Origin: an uncultured Trueperaceae bacterium
GTDB taxonomy: Bacteria; Deinococcota; Deinococci; Deinococcales; Trueperaceae
Assembly: GCA_963727505.1 (NCBI GenBank)
Contig: CAVSGP010000009.1
Span: forward strand, 544,001 to 608,000
Length of the DNA stretch: 64,000 nucleotides
Reading direction: 5' to 3'
Shown: positions 40,283 through 48,596 of the stretch, in pieces
Numbering within the stretch: position 1 is the stretch's first letter
How the letters are laid out: each line of letters begins with the position of its first letter
Notes under the pieces: model-generated
Databases searched by the model: none
Told to the model about the DNA's origin: nothing
The model's input: only the letters and a program-made list of their open reading frames with translations
Position numbers and translations under genes: made by a program

Positions 40283-41064
40283 ATCGTCTCTCCCTCCGCG
40301 GGGCGGGTGGCCAGGACCACCGCCATGGGCAGCGCGAAGCGCACCGCCTCCCCGGCGTCGTACTCGATGGTGAACAGCTGTCGCTCGAGCGGCCCGGCCT
40401 CCTGGAAGAGCCTGCGCACCTCGGCCTGCTCGGGCTCCGGGAGCGCCATGCGGCCGATCCAGGTGTCGACCTCCATGCGGTAGCGGGTGTCGGCGTCGCC
40501 AACCACCCAGAGCAGGCCCGCCGCGGCGAGCATGGCACGCCACTCGTCCAGGGTGTAGGCGCGCACGTGGGTAGCGTCGCGCGCGCGTTCGATGGCGTCG
40601 AGCCAGGCGTCGACGCGCGCGTCCGGGGTGATCTCGTCGACCAGCACGAAGCGCCCGCCGGGCCGCAGCACGCGCGCGATCTCGCGCAGCGTGGCGTGCG
40701 GGTCGGAATGGTGATGAAGGGTGTGGCGCGCCGTCACCAGGTCGAACGCCTCGTCAGGTTGACCGGTGGCGTCGCCGGGGGCCTCGACGAAGTGAAGTCC
40801 CGCCCGCTCGCCGTAGCGCTGGCGCGCCGCGTCGAGCATGCCTGGCTCGGGATCGAGCCCCACCACCTCGGCACCCGCTTCGGCCAGGCGCGCGGCGGTA
40901 TGGCCGGTGCCGGTGCCGATATCGAGACAACGCTCGCCGGGGCGCGGATCGGCCAGCCGGAGGAGCCGCGCGAGGGAGGGGCCGGCCACGTGCTCGCGGC
41001 TGGCGGCGTAGGCCGCCCCGCGCTCGGACCAGCCTCGCCCCTGTGCCTCGGCGGAGGCGCCCAC
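40279..41064 (-). CDS. Class I SAM-dependent methyltransferase inside the leu operon
   Basis: LDIGTGTGH, FDLVTARHTLHH, RVLRPGGRF and RDATHVR motifs; ATGA overlap with leuB. Confidence 0.9.
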   Translation of the reverse strand: MGASAEAQGRGWSERGAAYAASREHVAGPSLARLLRLADPRPGERCLDIGTGTGHTAARLAEAGAEVVGLDPEPGMLDAARQRYGERAGLHFVEAPGDATGQPDEAFDLVTARHTLHHHSDPHATLREIARVLRPGGRFVLVDEITPDARVDAWLDAIERARDATHVRAYTLDEWRAMLAAAGLLWVVGDADTRYRMEVDTWIGRMALPEPEQAEVRRLFQEAGPLERQLFTIEYDAGEAVRFALPMAVVLATRPAEGETI

Positions 41065-41069
41065 CGGAC

Positions 41070-41678
41070 TCAGGCGCCGGAGGCGACGTGCCCCAGGCGC
41101 TCGGCCACCGCGCGCACGGCGGGCTCCCCTTCGAGCAGCTCGCCGAGCGGGTCCCAGAAGCCATCGAGCAGCGCTTCCCGGGCCGACGACGGCAGGCTCA
41201 CCTCGAAGGTCTGGTCGCCGGCGCGCACCTGACCGGCGGCGACGTCGATGACGAGCTCGAGCTGCGGGTCGGCGCGCACCGCTTCGATCAGGGCGCGACG
41301 CGCCTCGGGGGAGACCGCCACGCACACCAGCCCCAGGGTCGTGGCGTTCCCGAAGAAGATCTCGGCGAAGCTCTCCGCGATGACGGCCTTGAAGCCGGCG
41401 CGGGCGATCGACTGCGGGGCGTGCTCGCGGCTCGACCCGCAACCGAAGTTGCTGCCCGAGATCAGCATGCGCGCGCCCGCGTAGCGCGGGTCGTCGAGCG
41501 CGTGCCCCTTGGCGGCGCCGGACTCGTCGAAGCGCTCGTCGCGGAACAGCCCCTCGGCGAGATCGTCGAAGGTCACGCACTTCAGGTAGCGCGCGGGGAT
41601 GATGCGGTCGGTGTCGATGTCGTCGCCGGGCAGCGGAACGGCCCGCCCCCGGACCTCGCGGATGGCTTCCATCGCCAT
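41070..41678 (-). CDS. leuD: 3-isopropylmalate dehydratase small subunit
   Basis: DIDTDRIIPARYL, NFGCGSSREHA and SFAEIFFGN motifs. Confidence 0.97.
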   Translation of the reverse strand: MAMEAIREVRGRAVPLPGDDIDTDRIIPARYLKCVTFDDLAEGLFRDERFDESGAAKGHALDDPRYAGARMLISGSNFGCGSSREHAPQSIARAGFKAVIAESFAEIFFGNATTLGLVCVAVSPEARRALIEAVRADPQLELVIDVAAGQVRAGDQTFEVSLPSSAREALLDGFWDPLGELLEGEPAVRAVAERLGHVASGA

Positions 41679-41679
41679 G

Positions 41680-43110
41680 TCAGGCCACCGCCTCTCGCGC
41701 CACGCCGAAGACGTCGCGTGCGTCGCTCACCTGGCCCGTCACGGCCGCGGCGGCGACCATGACCGGACTCATCAGCACGGTGCGACCGGTGGGGCTACCC
41801 TGCCGGCCCTTGAAGTTGCGGTTGGAGGTGCTCGCGCAGAGCTGGTCGCCCACCAGCTTGTCGGGGTTCATGGCCAGGCACATCGAGCAGCCCGCCTCGC
41901 GCCACTCGAAGCCGGCGGCCTGGAAGATCTTGTCGATGCCGCGCCGTTCGAGCTCCGCCTTGACGTGCTGCGAGCCCGGGACCGCGATGGCGTGGACGTC
42001 GGGGTGCACGCGGCGTCCCTCCAGGTAGCGGGCGGCCTCCACGAAGTCCGAGACGCGACCGTTGGTGCAGGACCCGAAGAACGCCACATCGACCTTGGTG
42101 CCCGCGATGGGGGCGCCAGGGGTCAGCTTCATGTGGGTGAGCGCCTCGGCGATCGCCTCGCGATCGCCCTCGGGCGCCCCTTCTACGGTGGGGACGTTCT
42201 GTTCGATGCTGATCGCCTGACCCGGGTTGATGCCCCAGGTGACCGTGGGCGGGATGTCCTCGGCGCGGATCGTCACCACGTCGTCGTAGGCGCAGCCGGG
42301 GTCGGACGCCAGGGCGCTCCAGCGCTCCACTGCCTCGTTCCAGGCGGCGCCCTCGGGGGCGTACGGCCGGCCCTCGAGGTACGCGAAGGTGGTGGCGTCC
42401 GGGTTGACGTAGCCGCAGCGAGCGCCGCCCTCGATCGACATGTTGCACACCGTCATGCGCTCTTCCATGCTCATGCGGTCGAAGACGTCGCCGCCGTACT
42501 CGTAGGCGTAGCCGAGCCCGCCCTTCACGCCCAGGGTACGGATGATGTGGAGGATGACGTCCTTGGCGTACACGCCCGGGGGGAGCTGGCCGTTCACCTC
42601 GATGCGGCGCACCTTCAGCTCGTTCATGGCCAGGGTCTGGGTGGCGAGCACGTCGCGGACCTGGCTGGTGCCGATGCCGAAGGCGATGGCGCCGAAGGCG
42701 CCGTGGGTCGACGTGTGACTGTCGCCGCAGGCGATGGTGGTGCCGGGCTGGGTGATGCCCTGCTCGGGGCCGACCATGTGCACGATGCCCTGGCTTCCGC
42801 TGTCGAGGTCGAAGAACTCGACGTCGTGTTCCGCGCAGTTCTTGCGCAGCTCGCGGATCATCTCGTCGGCCAGGACGTCCTCGAAGGGCTCGAGCCGGGT
42901 GTGGGTCGGCACGATGTGGTCGACCGTGGCGTAGGTGCGCTCCGGCATCAGCACCTTCAGCCCGCGGTCGCGCAGCATACCGAACGCCTGCGGGCTGGTC
43001 ACCTCGTGGATGAGGTGGGTGTCGATGAAGAGCTGGGCCTGGCCGTTGCGCAGCCGCCGCACGGCGTGCTCCTGCCAGACCTTCTCGTACAGGCTTCGGG
43101 GTCGATCCAT
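41680..43110 (-). CDS. leuC: 3-isopropylmalate dehydratase large subunit
   Basis: [36 protein letters not shown] and [12 protein letters not shown] motifs. Confidence 0.98.
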   Translation of the reverse strand: MDRPRSLYEKVWQEHAVRRLRNGQAQLFIDTHLIHEVTSPQAFGMLRDRGLKVLMPERTYATVDHIVPTHTRLEPFEDVLADEMIRELRKNCAEHDVEFFDLDSGSQGIVHMVGPEQGITQPGTTIACGDSHTSTHGAFGAIAFGIGTSQVRDVLATQTLAMNELKVRRIEVNGQLPPGVYAKDVILHIIRTLGVKGGLGYAYEYGGDVFDRMSMEERMTVCNMSIEGGARCGYVNPDATTFAYLEGRPYAPEGAAWNEAVERWSALASDPGCAYDDVVTIRAEDIPPTVTWGINPGQAISIEQNVPTVEGAPEGDREAIAEALTHMKLTPGAPIAGTKVDVAFFGSCTNGRVSDFVEAARYLEGRRVHPDVHAIAVPGSQHVKAELERRGIDKIFQAAGFEWREAGCSMCLAMNPDKLVGDQLCASTSNRNFKGRQGSPTGRTVLMSPVMVAAAAVTGQVSDARDVFGVAREAVA

Positions 43111-43148
43111 GCTCTTCCTCTCGCTCGGCGCCCTGGGGCGCCTCCATG

Positions 43149-43185
43149 ACAACGAACGGCCTCCGCACCACTGTGCCGGAGGCCG
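43149..43185 (-). terminator. Attenuator-type terminator upstream of leuC
   Basis: Minus strand CGGCCTCCG(G)CAC-AGTG-GTGCGGAGGCCG followed by TTCGTTGT. Confidence 0.7.
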
Positions 43186-43224
43186 CGACCGTTCATCTGC
43201 AGGCTCACGAGTCGGCTCGCGAGT

Positions 43225-43305
43225 CTAGACGCGGACGGGCCCACCTCCTTGTAGCAACACGCTCTGCCACAGATTGATGACCCTCAAGCGCCGACGGATT
43301 CGCAT
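43225..43305 (-). CDS. Putative leu operon leader peptide, 26 aa (MRIRRRLRVINLWQSVLLQGGGPVRV)
   Basis: 10 of 26 residues are Leu/Ile/Val; Leu codons TTG, CTG, TTG, CTA; ATG 7 nt after a consensus promoter; followed by a terminator. Confidence 0.7.
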   Translation of the reverse strand: MRIRRRLRVINLWQSVLLQGGGPVRV

Positions 43306-43312
43306 TGGGCAG

Positions 43313-43341
43313 AGTATACGGGGGGTGATAGGAGGTGTCAA
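43313..43341 (-). promoter_or_regulatory. Near-consensus sigma70 promoter of the leu operon
   Basis: TTGACA-17 nt-TATACT. Confidence 0.88.
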
Positions 43342-43601
43342 CGCGCGGGTGGGCTCATCGATTGGCGCGATTTTCTGGTTCACCCCTAGGCTGGGCCCCC
43401 GAGGGCATCCCATGGCCTAGCGCGCTGAGACTGCACCCTGGCCCGGAAGAAGTTGCGTCAGCTGTCGCGAAGGTCTTGGCCGCTATGGTCCGGTTCACTT
43501 TCAGCTGCTTCTGGGCCCTGCTGGATACCGTCACACTCCACCACGGCTGCGATCCTTCTGCTCGAATCCATCCTGGATTCTCCCGTCCCGCCTGACGGCG
43601 G

Positions 43602-43883
43602 CTACGCCGAATGATGCCGTGTCGGTGCGGCCGGCCCCGTAGCGATATCGACGTCCTTCACGCCCCTGACGAGGAGCCACAGAGCCAGCCCGACCTCAGC
43701 AACGAAGCTCACAACGAGACCGGGGTAGGTGATCTCAGGGTGGGCCGGCAGTAGCAGCGCTTGAGAGAACCAGACCAAGACAGCAATTCCATCGACCATC
43801 AGGAGGACGCCCAGCAACCGAGGCAACGACCTCGACTTGTAGACCGGATAACCGAGCGGGAACAACCACGTTCCGAAGAACAA
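43602..43883 (-). pseudogene. C-terminal remnant of a DUF4386-like membrane protein
   Basis: FFGTWLFPLGY.VYKS..LPRLLGVLL...SFVAEVGLALWLLVRG matches the family C-terminus; N-terminal half and RBS absent; lower GC. Confidence 0.55.
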
Positions 43884-44003
43884 CTGCGCTGGCGTTGCCT
43901 TCCTTCGCGGACACCCTTCCGCTTGAGGTTCAGCTTGAGAAGGGTCAGAGTGTCCTATGCATCAAGAGCGTTCCACACGCACGAGGTCCTAGGGGGTTGT
44001 GCA

Positions 44004-45059
44004 ATGCCATCGGAGTTTCTGCTCTACGGCGCGACGGGTTTCGTCGGTGAAGCGATCGCCCGGCAGGCGATCGCGCGAGGGCTACGGCCGGTGGTGGCGG
44101 GGCGCGATCCCCTGCGTGTGGCTGCGCTGGCGAAGACGTTGGGCGTCGAGCATCGGGTCTTCGCGCTTGACGACCCTGACGCGATGGACGAAGCACTGGC
44201 GGAGGTACCCGCCGTCCTCCATTGCGCGGGGCCCTACATCCATACGGCCGCGGCGATGGTGGACGGCTGTCTTCGTTCGGGCACGCACTACTTGGATATC
44301 ACCGGGGAGCTGCCGGTCTACGCGGCGATCGCACAGCGCGATGCCGAAGCCAGGAGCCAGGGCGCGATGTTGCTGCCAGGCGTGGGGTTCGACGTTGTGC
44401 CGACCGACTGCCTGGCGCTGCACCTGAAGCAGCGCCTACCGTCGGCGACACACTTGGCGCTTGCCTTCCACTCGGATGGGCCGGCCGCCTTGCCGCCAGG
44501 AACGGTGAAGACGATGTTCGCGCACGTGCCTGGCGGTGAAAGGGTTCGAGTGAACGGCGCACTGGTGACGCCATCGCGTCGGGTCAAGACGAGACAGATC
44601 GATTTCGGGAATGGACCGCGGACAGCGCTGCGGCGGACTTGGGGCGATGTGTTCATGGCGTACGAGAGCACCGGCGTCCCGAACATCGAAGACTACATCG
44701 TGCTATCGGCAGCCGCGCGACGCGGGCTCGCGATGATGGACTATGCGCGTCCGCTGTTCAAGTTCGGCGCGGTGCGCACGTTGATGGCGCGCATGGTGAG
44801 GTCGGGATCGACGGTCGAGGAACGCGCGCAGACGCAGGTGAGCGTCTGGGGCGAGGTGGTGGACAACGAAGGGGGTCGCGCTGTGTCGCGGTTGCACGGC
44901 CCGGAGGCCGGAGTCGAGTGGACGAGCCGGGCCGCGCTTTCGGCTGTGCGGCGTGTGCTGCAAGGCGACGCCAGGCCGGGATTCCAAACGCCCGCGACGG
45001 CCTACGGCGCGGACTTTGTGCTGGAGTGCGAAGGCGTCGTCCGCGAAGACGTGGAGTAG
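44004..45059 (+). CDS. Saccharopine dehydrogenase-like NAD(P)-dependent reductase
   Basis: LYGATGFVG, HCAGPY, HYLDITGE, GFDVVPTDCLA and PGFQTPA motifs. Confidence 0.9.
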   Translation: MPSEFLLYGATGFVGEAIARQAIARGLRPVVAGRDPLRVAALAKTLGVEHRVFALDDPDAMDEALAEVPAVLHCAGPYIHTAAAMVDGCLRSGTHYLDITGELPVYAAIAQRDAEARSQGAMLLPGVGFDVVPTDCLALHLKQRLPSATHLALAFHSDGPAALPPGTVKTMFAHVPGGERVRVNGALVTPSRRVKTRQIDFGNGPRTALRRTWGDVFMAYESTGVPNIEDYIVLSAAARRGLAMMDYARPLFKFGAVRTLMARMVRSGSTVEERAQTQVSVWGEVVDNEGGRAVSRLHGPEAGVEWTSRAALSAVRRVLQGDARPGFQTPATAYGADFVLECEGVVREDVE

Positions 45060-45292
45060 GAACGCGGCAGATGGTGCGCGGTCGTGGCTCGACTTCTGCC
45101 TTCGATCGAAGGCGCTGGGACCGGGTAGGGGAAGTGTACGCGCCAGCGCTCGACCGCGTTGGCGTGCCCGGTGGTCCCCCACGGGGTTCCGAAGGGACGC
45201 AGGCAACGTGCGAAGTGGCTCGCGTGGGGTAAGCATGAGGCGGCCGGCTCCGCCGTGATTCGGCGTTGGGGCCGGACCGAAGGGGGTCGGTC

Positions 45293-45874
45293 GTGCAGCG
45301 CAACATGACGCTCGTTCTGTTCATCGCCGGCTTGGCGCTGGGCGTGGTCGCCTTCTTCGAGGGCGGCTGGAGCCGCGTGCTGTCCGGACTGAGCGGCACA
45401 GGGCACCTGCTGATCGGCGTGACGCTGCTCATCGTGGCCGCGTTCGTGCTGGCCGGCCTCATCCAGGTGATGATCTCGAAGGAGACGGTGACGCGCTGGC
45501 TGGGTGAGGAGTCGGGCTGGCGTGGCTTCCTGATCGGTGGGGTGGCCGGCGCCCTCATCCCGGGCGGACCCTACGTCTACTACCCGATCGCCGTGGCGTT
45601 CCTGCGCAGCGGCGCGAACATCGGCATCATCGTCACCTTCGTGGTGGCCAAGAACCTGTGGACGTTGAGCCGGCTCCCCATCGAGGTGGCGCTGCTGGGC
45701 GTGCACGTCACCTGGGTCCGCTACCTGGTGACGCTCGTCTTCCCGCCGTTGGCGGGGCTGCTGGCCCAGCTCCTGTTCCGGGGTGGCGGTCGCTGGGTCC
45801 ACGAGGGGCTCCCGGCCACCGAGAAGGGCGGTCGCAACGCCGAGCCGACGCCCGGTGGGACCGGGCCTGCATGA
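45293..45874 (+). CDS. Predicted permease subunit A (DUF318/ArsP-like half)
   Basis: LAGLIQV.ISKETVTRWLG..SG and GALIPGGPY motifs; multi-TM; start uncertain (45293 or 45305). Confidence 0.75.
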   Translation: MQRNMTLVLFIAGLALGVVAFFEGGWSRVLSGLSGTGHLLIGVTLLIVAAFVLAGLIQVMISKETVTRWLGEESGWRGFLIGGVAGALIPGGPYVYYPIAVAFLRSGANIGIIVTFVVAKNLWTLSRLPIEVALLGVHVTWVRYLVTLVFPPLAGLLAQLLFRGGGRWVHEGLPATEKGGRNAEPTPGGTGPA

Positions 45875-46356
45875 GTATCGCCACGGTGATCATCGCGGTC
45901 CTCGCGTTGTTGATGGCGGGCCTCGCCTATCGCCAGGACCCGGCCAGGCCGCTGGCGGGTACGGTGGCTGGTCTCAAGATGCTGTGGGGGATGTTGCCGC
46001 TGTTGCTGGCGGCGTTCTTCGTGGCGGGGATGATGGCGGTGGCGCTCCCGCCCGCGCTCGTGCACCGCTGGCTGGCGAGTTCGTCGGGTGTCCTCGACGT
46101 GGTGATCGGCTCGGTGGCCGGGGCGTTGATCCCCGGTGGCCCCTACGTGTCCTTCCCGATCATCGCCGCGATCCATGACGCCGGCGCTAGCCTGGCGGCC
46201 ACGGTCTCGCTGGTGACGGGCTGGGCAGTTTGGAACGTGGGGCTGCTCAGCTTCGAGCTGGCCATCGTCGGACCGCGCTTCACCCTCATCCGGGTGGTGA
46301 GCACACTGCTCTTGCCGCCCGCGGCCGGCCTGCTCGCGCGTGCGCTGTTCGGTTGA
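45871..46356 (+). CDS. Predicted permease subunit B (paralog of the upstream gene)
   Basis: Same GALIPGGPYV..PI motif; ATGA overlap. Confidence 0.78.
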   Translation: MSIATVIIAVLALLMAGLAYRQDPARPLAGTVAGLKMLWGMLPLLLAAFFVAGMMAVALPPALVHRWLASSSGVLDVVIGSVAGALIPGGPYVSFPIIAAIHDAGASLAATVSLVTGWAVWNVGLLSFELAIVGPRFTLIRVVSTLLLPPAAGLLARALFG

Positions 46357-46455
46357 AGCCGCGTGCGCTGTTCGGTTGAAGCCCGGTTCGGTTGAAGCCC
46401 GGTCCGGTTGGAACCCGGTTGAGCTGGAACCCGGTTGAGCTGGAACCCGGTTCGG
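46337..46455. repeat. Stop-spanning degenerate tandem array: 2 x 23 bp then about 4.5 x 16 bp
   Basis: cgcgtgcgctgttcggttgaagc x2; ccggttcggttgaagc, ccggtccggttggaac, ccggttgagctggaac x2, ccggttcgg. Confidence 0.9.
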
Positions 46456-46555
46456 TGGCGCGTAGCGCGAGGCCACCGGGGACGTCAGCCCGCGGCGCTC
46501 ACGTTCGGCTCGCGACGGTCCGCGCGATGGGTCAGCGATCGCAGGCGCCTTCGGC

Positions 46556-47098
46556 TCAATCTCGAAGGCAGGTCGCGGCGTAGACGCGACCCCAGTACCT
46601 CGAAGGAGCGGTCGCCACCACGCGAGCTTCACCGAATCCGGCTTCCCGAGCCAGCCCGGGCCAACGCCCGGCCGGGATCGGGTGCGGAACCCAGGGATTG
46701 CCGCGCTTGACGTCGTACTCCATCACGACCAGAACACCGCCCGAACGCAGCATCGTGCGCAGTTGCTGCAGGAGCGCCGGCTGCTTGTTTCGCGGGACGA
46801 AGTGCAGCGCGTTCGCCATCAGCACACCGTCCAGGGGAGGGAGGTCGAGCGGCTCCGTGAAGTCCATCTCCAGCACATCGATCGTGGCGGCGTGCGCGCC
46901 GGCGAACGAGGCCAGACGCCGCAAGGCCGTGCCGTCGCGATCGACGGCGTGGACGGTGGCCCGGTTGCCGAGGAGGTCGGCCAGCGCCAGAGTGAACGCG
47001 CCACTGCCGCATCCGAGGTCGGCCCACACGGAGGCTCGCCCGGCTCGCTCGCCGGGGAGCGCGGCATGCAGGAGATCGCGACGTTGCTCCGGCGTCAT
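46556..47098 (-). CDS. Class I SAM-dependent methyltransferase
   Basis: WADLGCGSGAFT, AVDRD, LDGVLMANALHF and EYD...NPWVP motifs. Confidence 0.85.
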   Translation of the reverse strand: MTPEQRRDLLHAALPGERAGRASVWADLGCGSGAFTLALADLLGNRATVHAVDRDGTALRRLASFAGAHAATIDVLEMDFTEPLDLPPLDGVLMANALHFVPRNKQPALLQQLRTMLRSGGVLVVMEYDVKRGNPWVPHPIPAGRWPGLAREAGFGEARVVATAPSRYWGRVYAATCLRD

Positions 47099-47245
47099 GC
47101 CGGGCTCACGAGCGCGTCGCACGGCCCACGAAACCGTGACGTGCCGGTGGCGCGCGGACTATGGTGGCGGGGTGTCGCGCCGGCGCCATCGGACCGGACC
47201 CCTTCGCGCGCCGAGTAGACGGCGCGCCGGAGCGGTGGGCGGACG

Positions 47246-48538
47246 GTGGTAGGGGAGGAACCCGGATCGGAAGGGAGCATCGCGACGCGGCCCCGGCTCG
47301 GCATTCCGCCCGAGAGCCTGCCGGTGGCCGTGGTGGTGTTCCTGGGGGGCATCGGTGGAGGCATCGCGTTCCCCATTATCCCGATCCTCGGCGTGCAACT
47401 GGGCCTACCCGCTTTCCTGGTGGGCTGGATCCTCTCGGCCAACCGCGTCACCCGGCTCTTCGCCAACCCCGTCACCGGTGGGCTGATCGACCGCTACGGG
47501 GGCAAGGGACCGTTGACCGTCGGCCTGTTCATCGAGGCGCTCGCCACCGGCACCTACAGCCTGGCGTTGCACACGGCCTTCCCGGGATTGCTGCTGCTTG
47601 TAGGCAGGGCGATCTGGGGGATCGGCTCGTCCGCCATCATCGTCGGGGGCGTCACCATCGCACTCAACGCCTCGTCCGAGGCGAACCGCGGGCGCAGCAC
47701 GGCGGCGGTCCGGTTGGCGCTGAGCCTCGGCCTCCCGGCGGGGATGCTCGCCGGGGGGCTGGTCGCGGGGTTCGTGAGCAACGACGCCGCCTTCCTGTTC
47801 GCGGCCACCGTCACGTTCCTGGCCGGGCTGCTGGCGTGGTGGACGGTGCCCAGCACGGAGCCGGGTCGGACGGGCGTCTCCGACGAGCAGGAGAGGCGGA
47901 CGCCTTTGTGGAGGCGTGTGCGGAACGCAGCGGCGAATGTGGTCCAGGCCGATCGCCGGGTGCAGGCGGTGTGGCTCGCCAACCTGCTGGTCTTCTTCTC
48001 GATTCAGGGCACGCTGTTGGCGACCCTGGTGTTGCTCATTCATGCGCGCGGCATCAGCGTCGCGGGCCTGGCCGAACAGCCCATGGCCGGAGCCCTGCTC
48101 GCCGTGATGATGCTGGCGTCCGCCGGCGTCACCGTCTACCTGGGGGCGGCGCTCGACCGCGTACCGACCCGGACGGGCCTGGCGCTACCGGGCGTGGTGG
48201 CGGCCGCGGCGGGGTTCGTCGTCCTTGCGTTGACGAGCAGCCCGTGGCTCGCCGTTGCGGGCGTCGTCCTCCTGGGCGTGGGGATGGGTGGCACCTCGAT
48301 CCCCTTGCTCACACTGCTGGGCGATCTCACGCCTGCATCGCATCGCGGCCAGGTGGTGGGCTACTACCAGTTCTTCGGCGATGTCGGCGGCAGCCTCGGC
48401 CCGGTCCTGGGCATCGAGCTGGTGACAGGTTGGGGCTTCGTGCCGACCTATCTCGGCGTCGCCGCCCTGCTGCTAGCGGAGATCCCGCTGCTCGCGTTGT
48501 TGTGGAGGGCCGAACGGCGGCTGCGCCGGCGTGCTTGA
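47246..48538 (+). CDS. MFS transporter
   Basis: G.LIDRYG.K motif A; about 12 TM; start approximate. Confidence 0.9.
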   Translation: MVGEEPGSEGSIATRPRLGIPPESLPVAVVVFLGGIGGGIAFPIIPILGVQLGLPAFLVGWILSANRVTRLFANPVTGGLIDRYGGKGPLTVGLFIEALATGTYSLALHTAFPGLLLLVGRAIWGIGSSAIIVGGVTIALNASSEANRGRSTAAVRLALSLGLPAGMLAGGLVAGFVSNDAAFLFAATVTFLAGLLAWWTVPSTEPGRTGVSDEQERRTPLWRRVRNAAANVVQADRRVQAVWLANLLVFFSIQGTLLATLVLLIHARGISVAGLAEQPMAGALLAVMMLASAGVTVYLGAALDRVPTRTGLALPGVVAAAAGFVVLALTSSPWLAVAGVVLLGVGMGGTSIPLLTLLGDLTPASHRGQVVGYYQFFGDVGGSLGPVLGIELVTGWGFVPTYLGVAALLLAEIPLLALLWRAERRLRRRA

Positions 48539-48596
48539 GCACACAACCAGCGCATCACTGCCGCCGCATCCCCGCCCGCACGTTCCCCTCCGACCG

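Noticed and set aside
43149..43341. T-box riboswitch upstream of leuC
   Set aside because: No AAUUxxGGUGGxACC T-box or AGUA/GNUG stem I motifs seen; the leader-peptide model fits better.
46337..46455. CRISPR array
   Set aside because: Units are 16-23 bp and contiguous with no unique spacers; no cas genes in the window.
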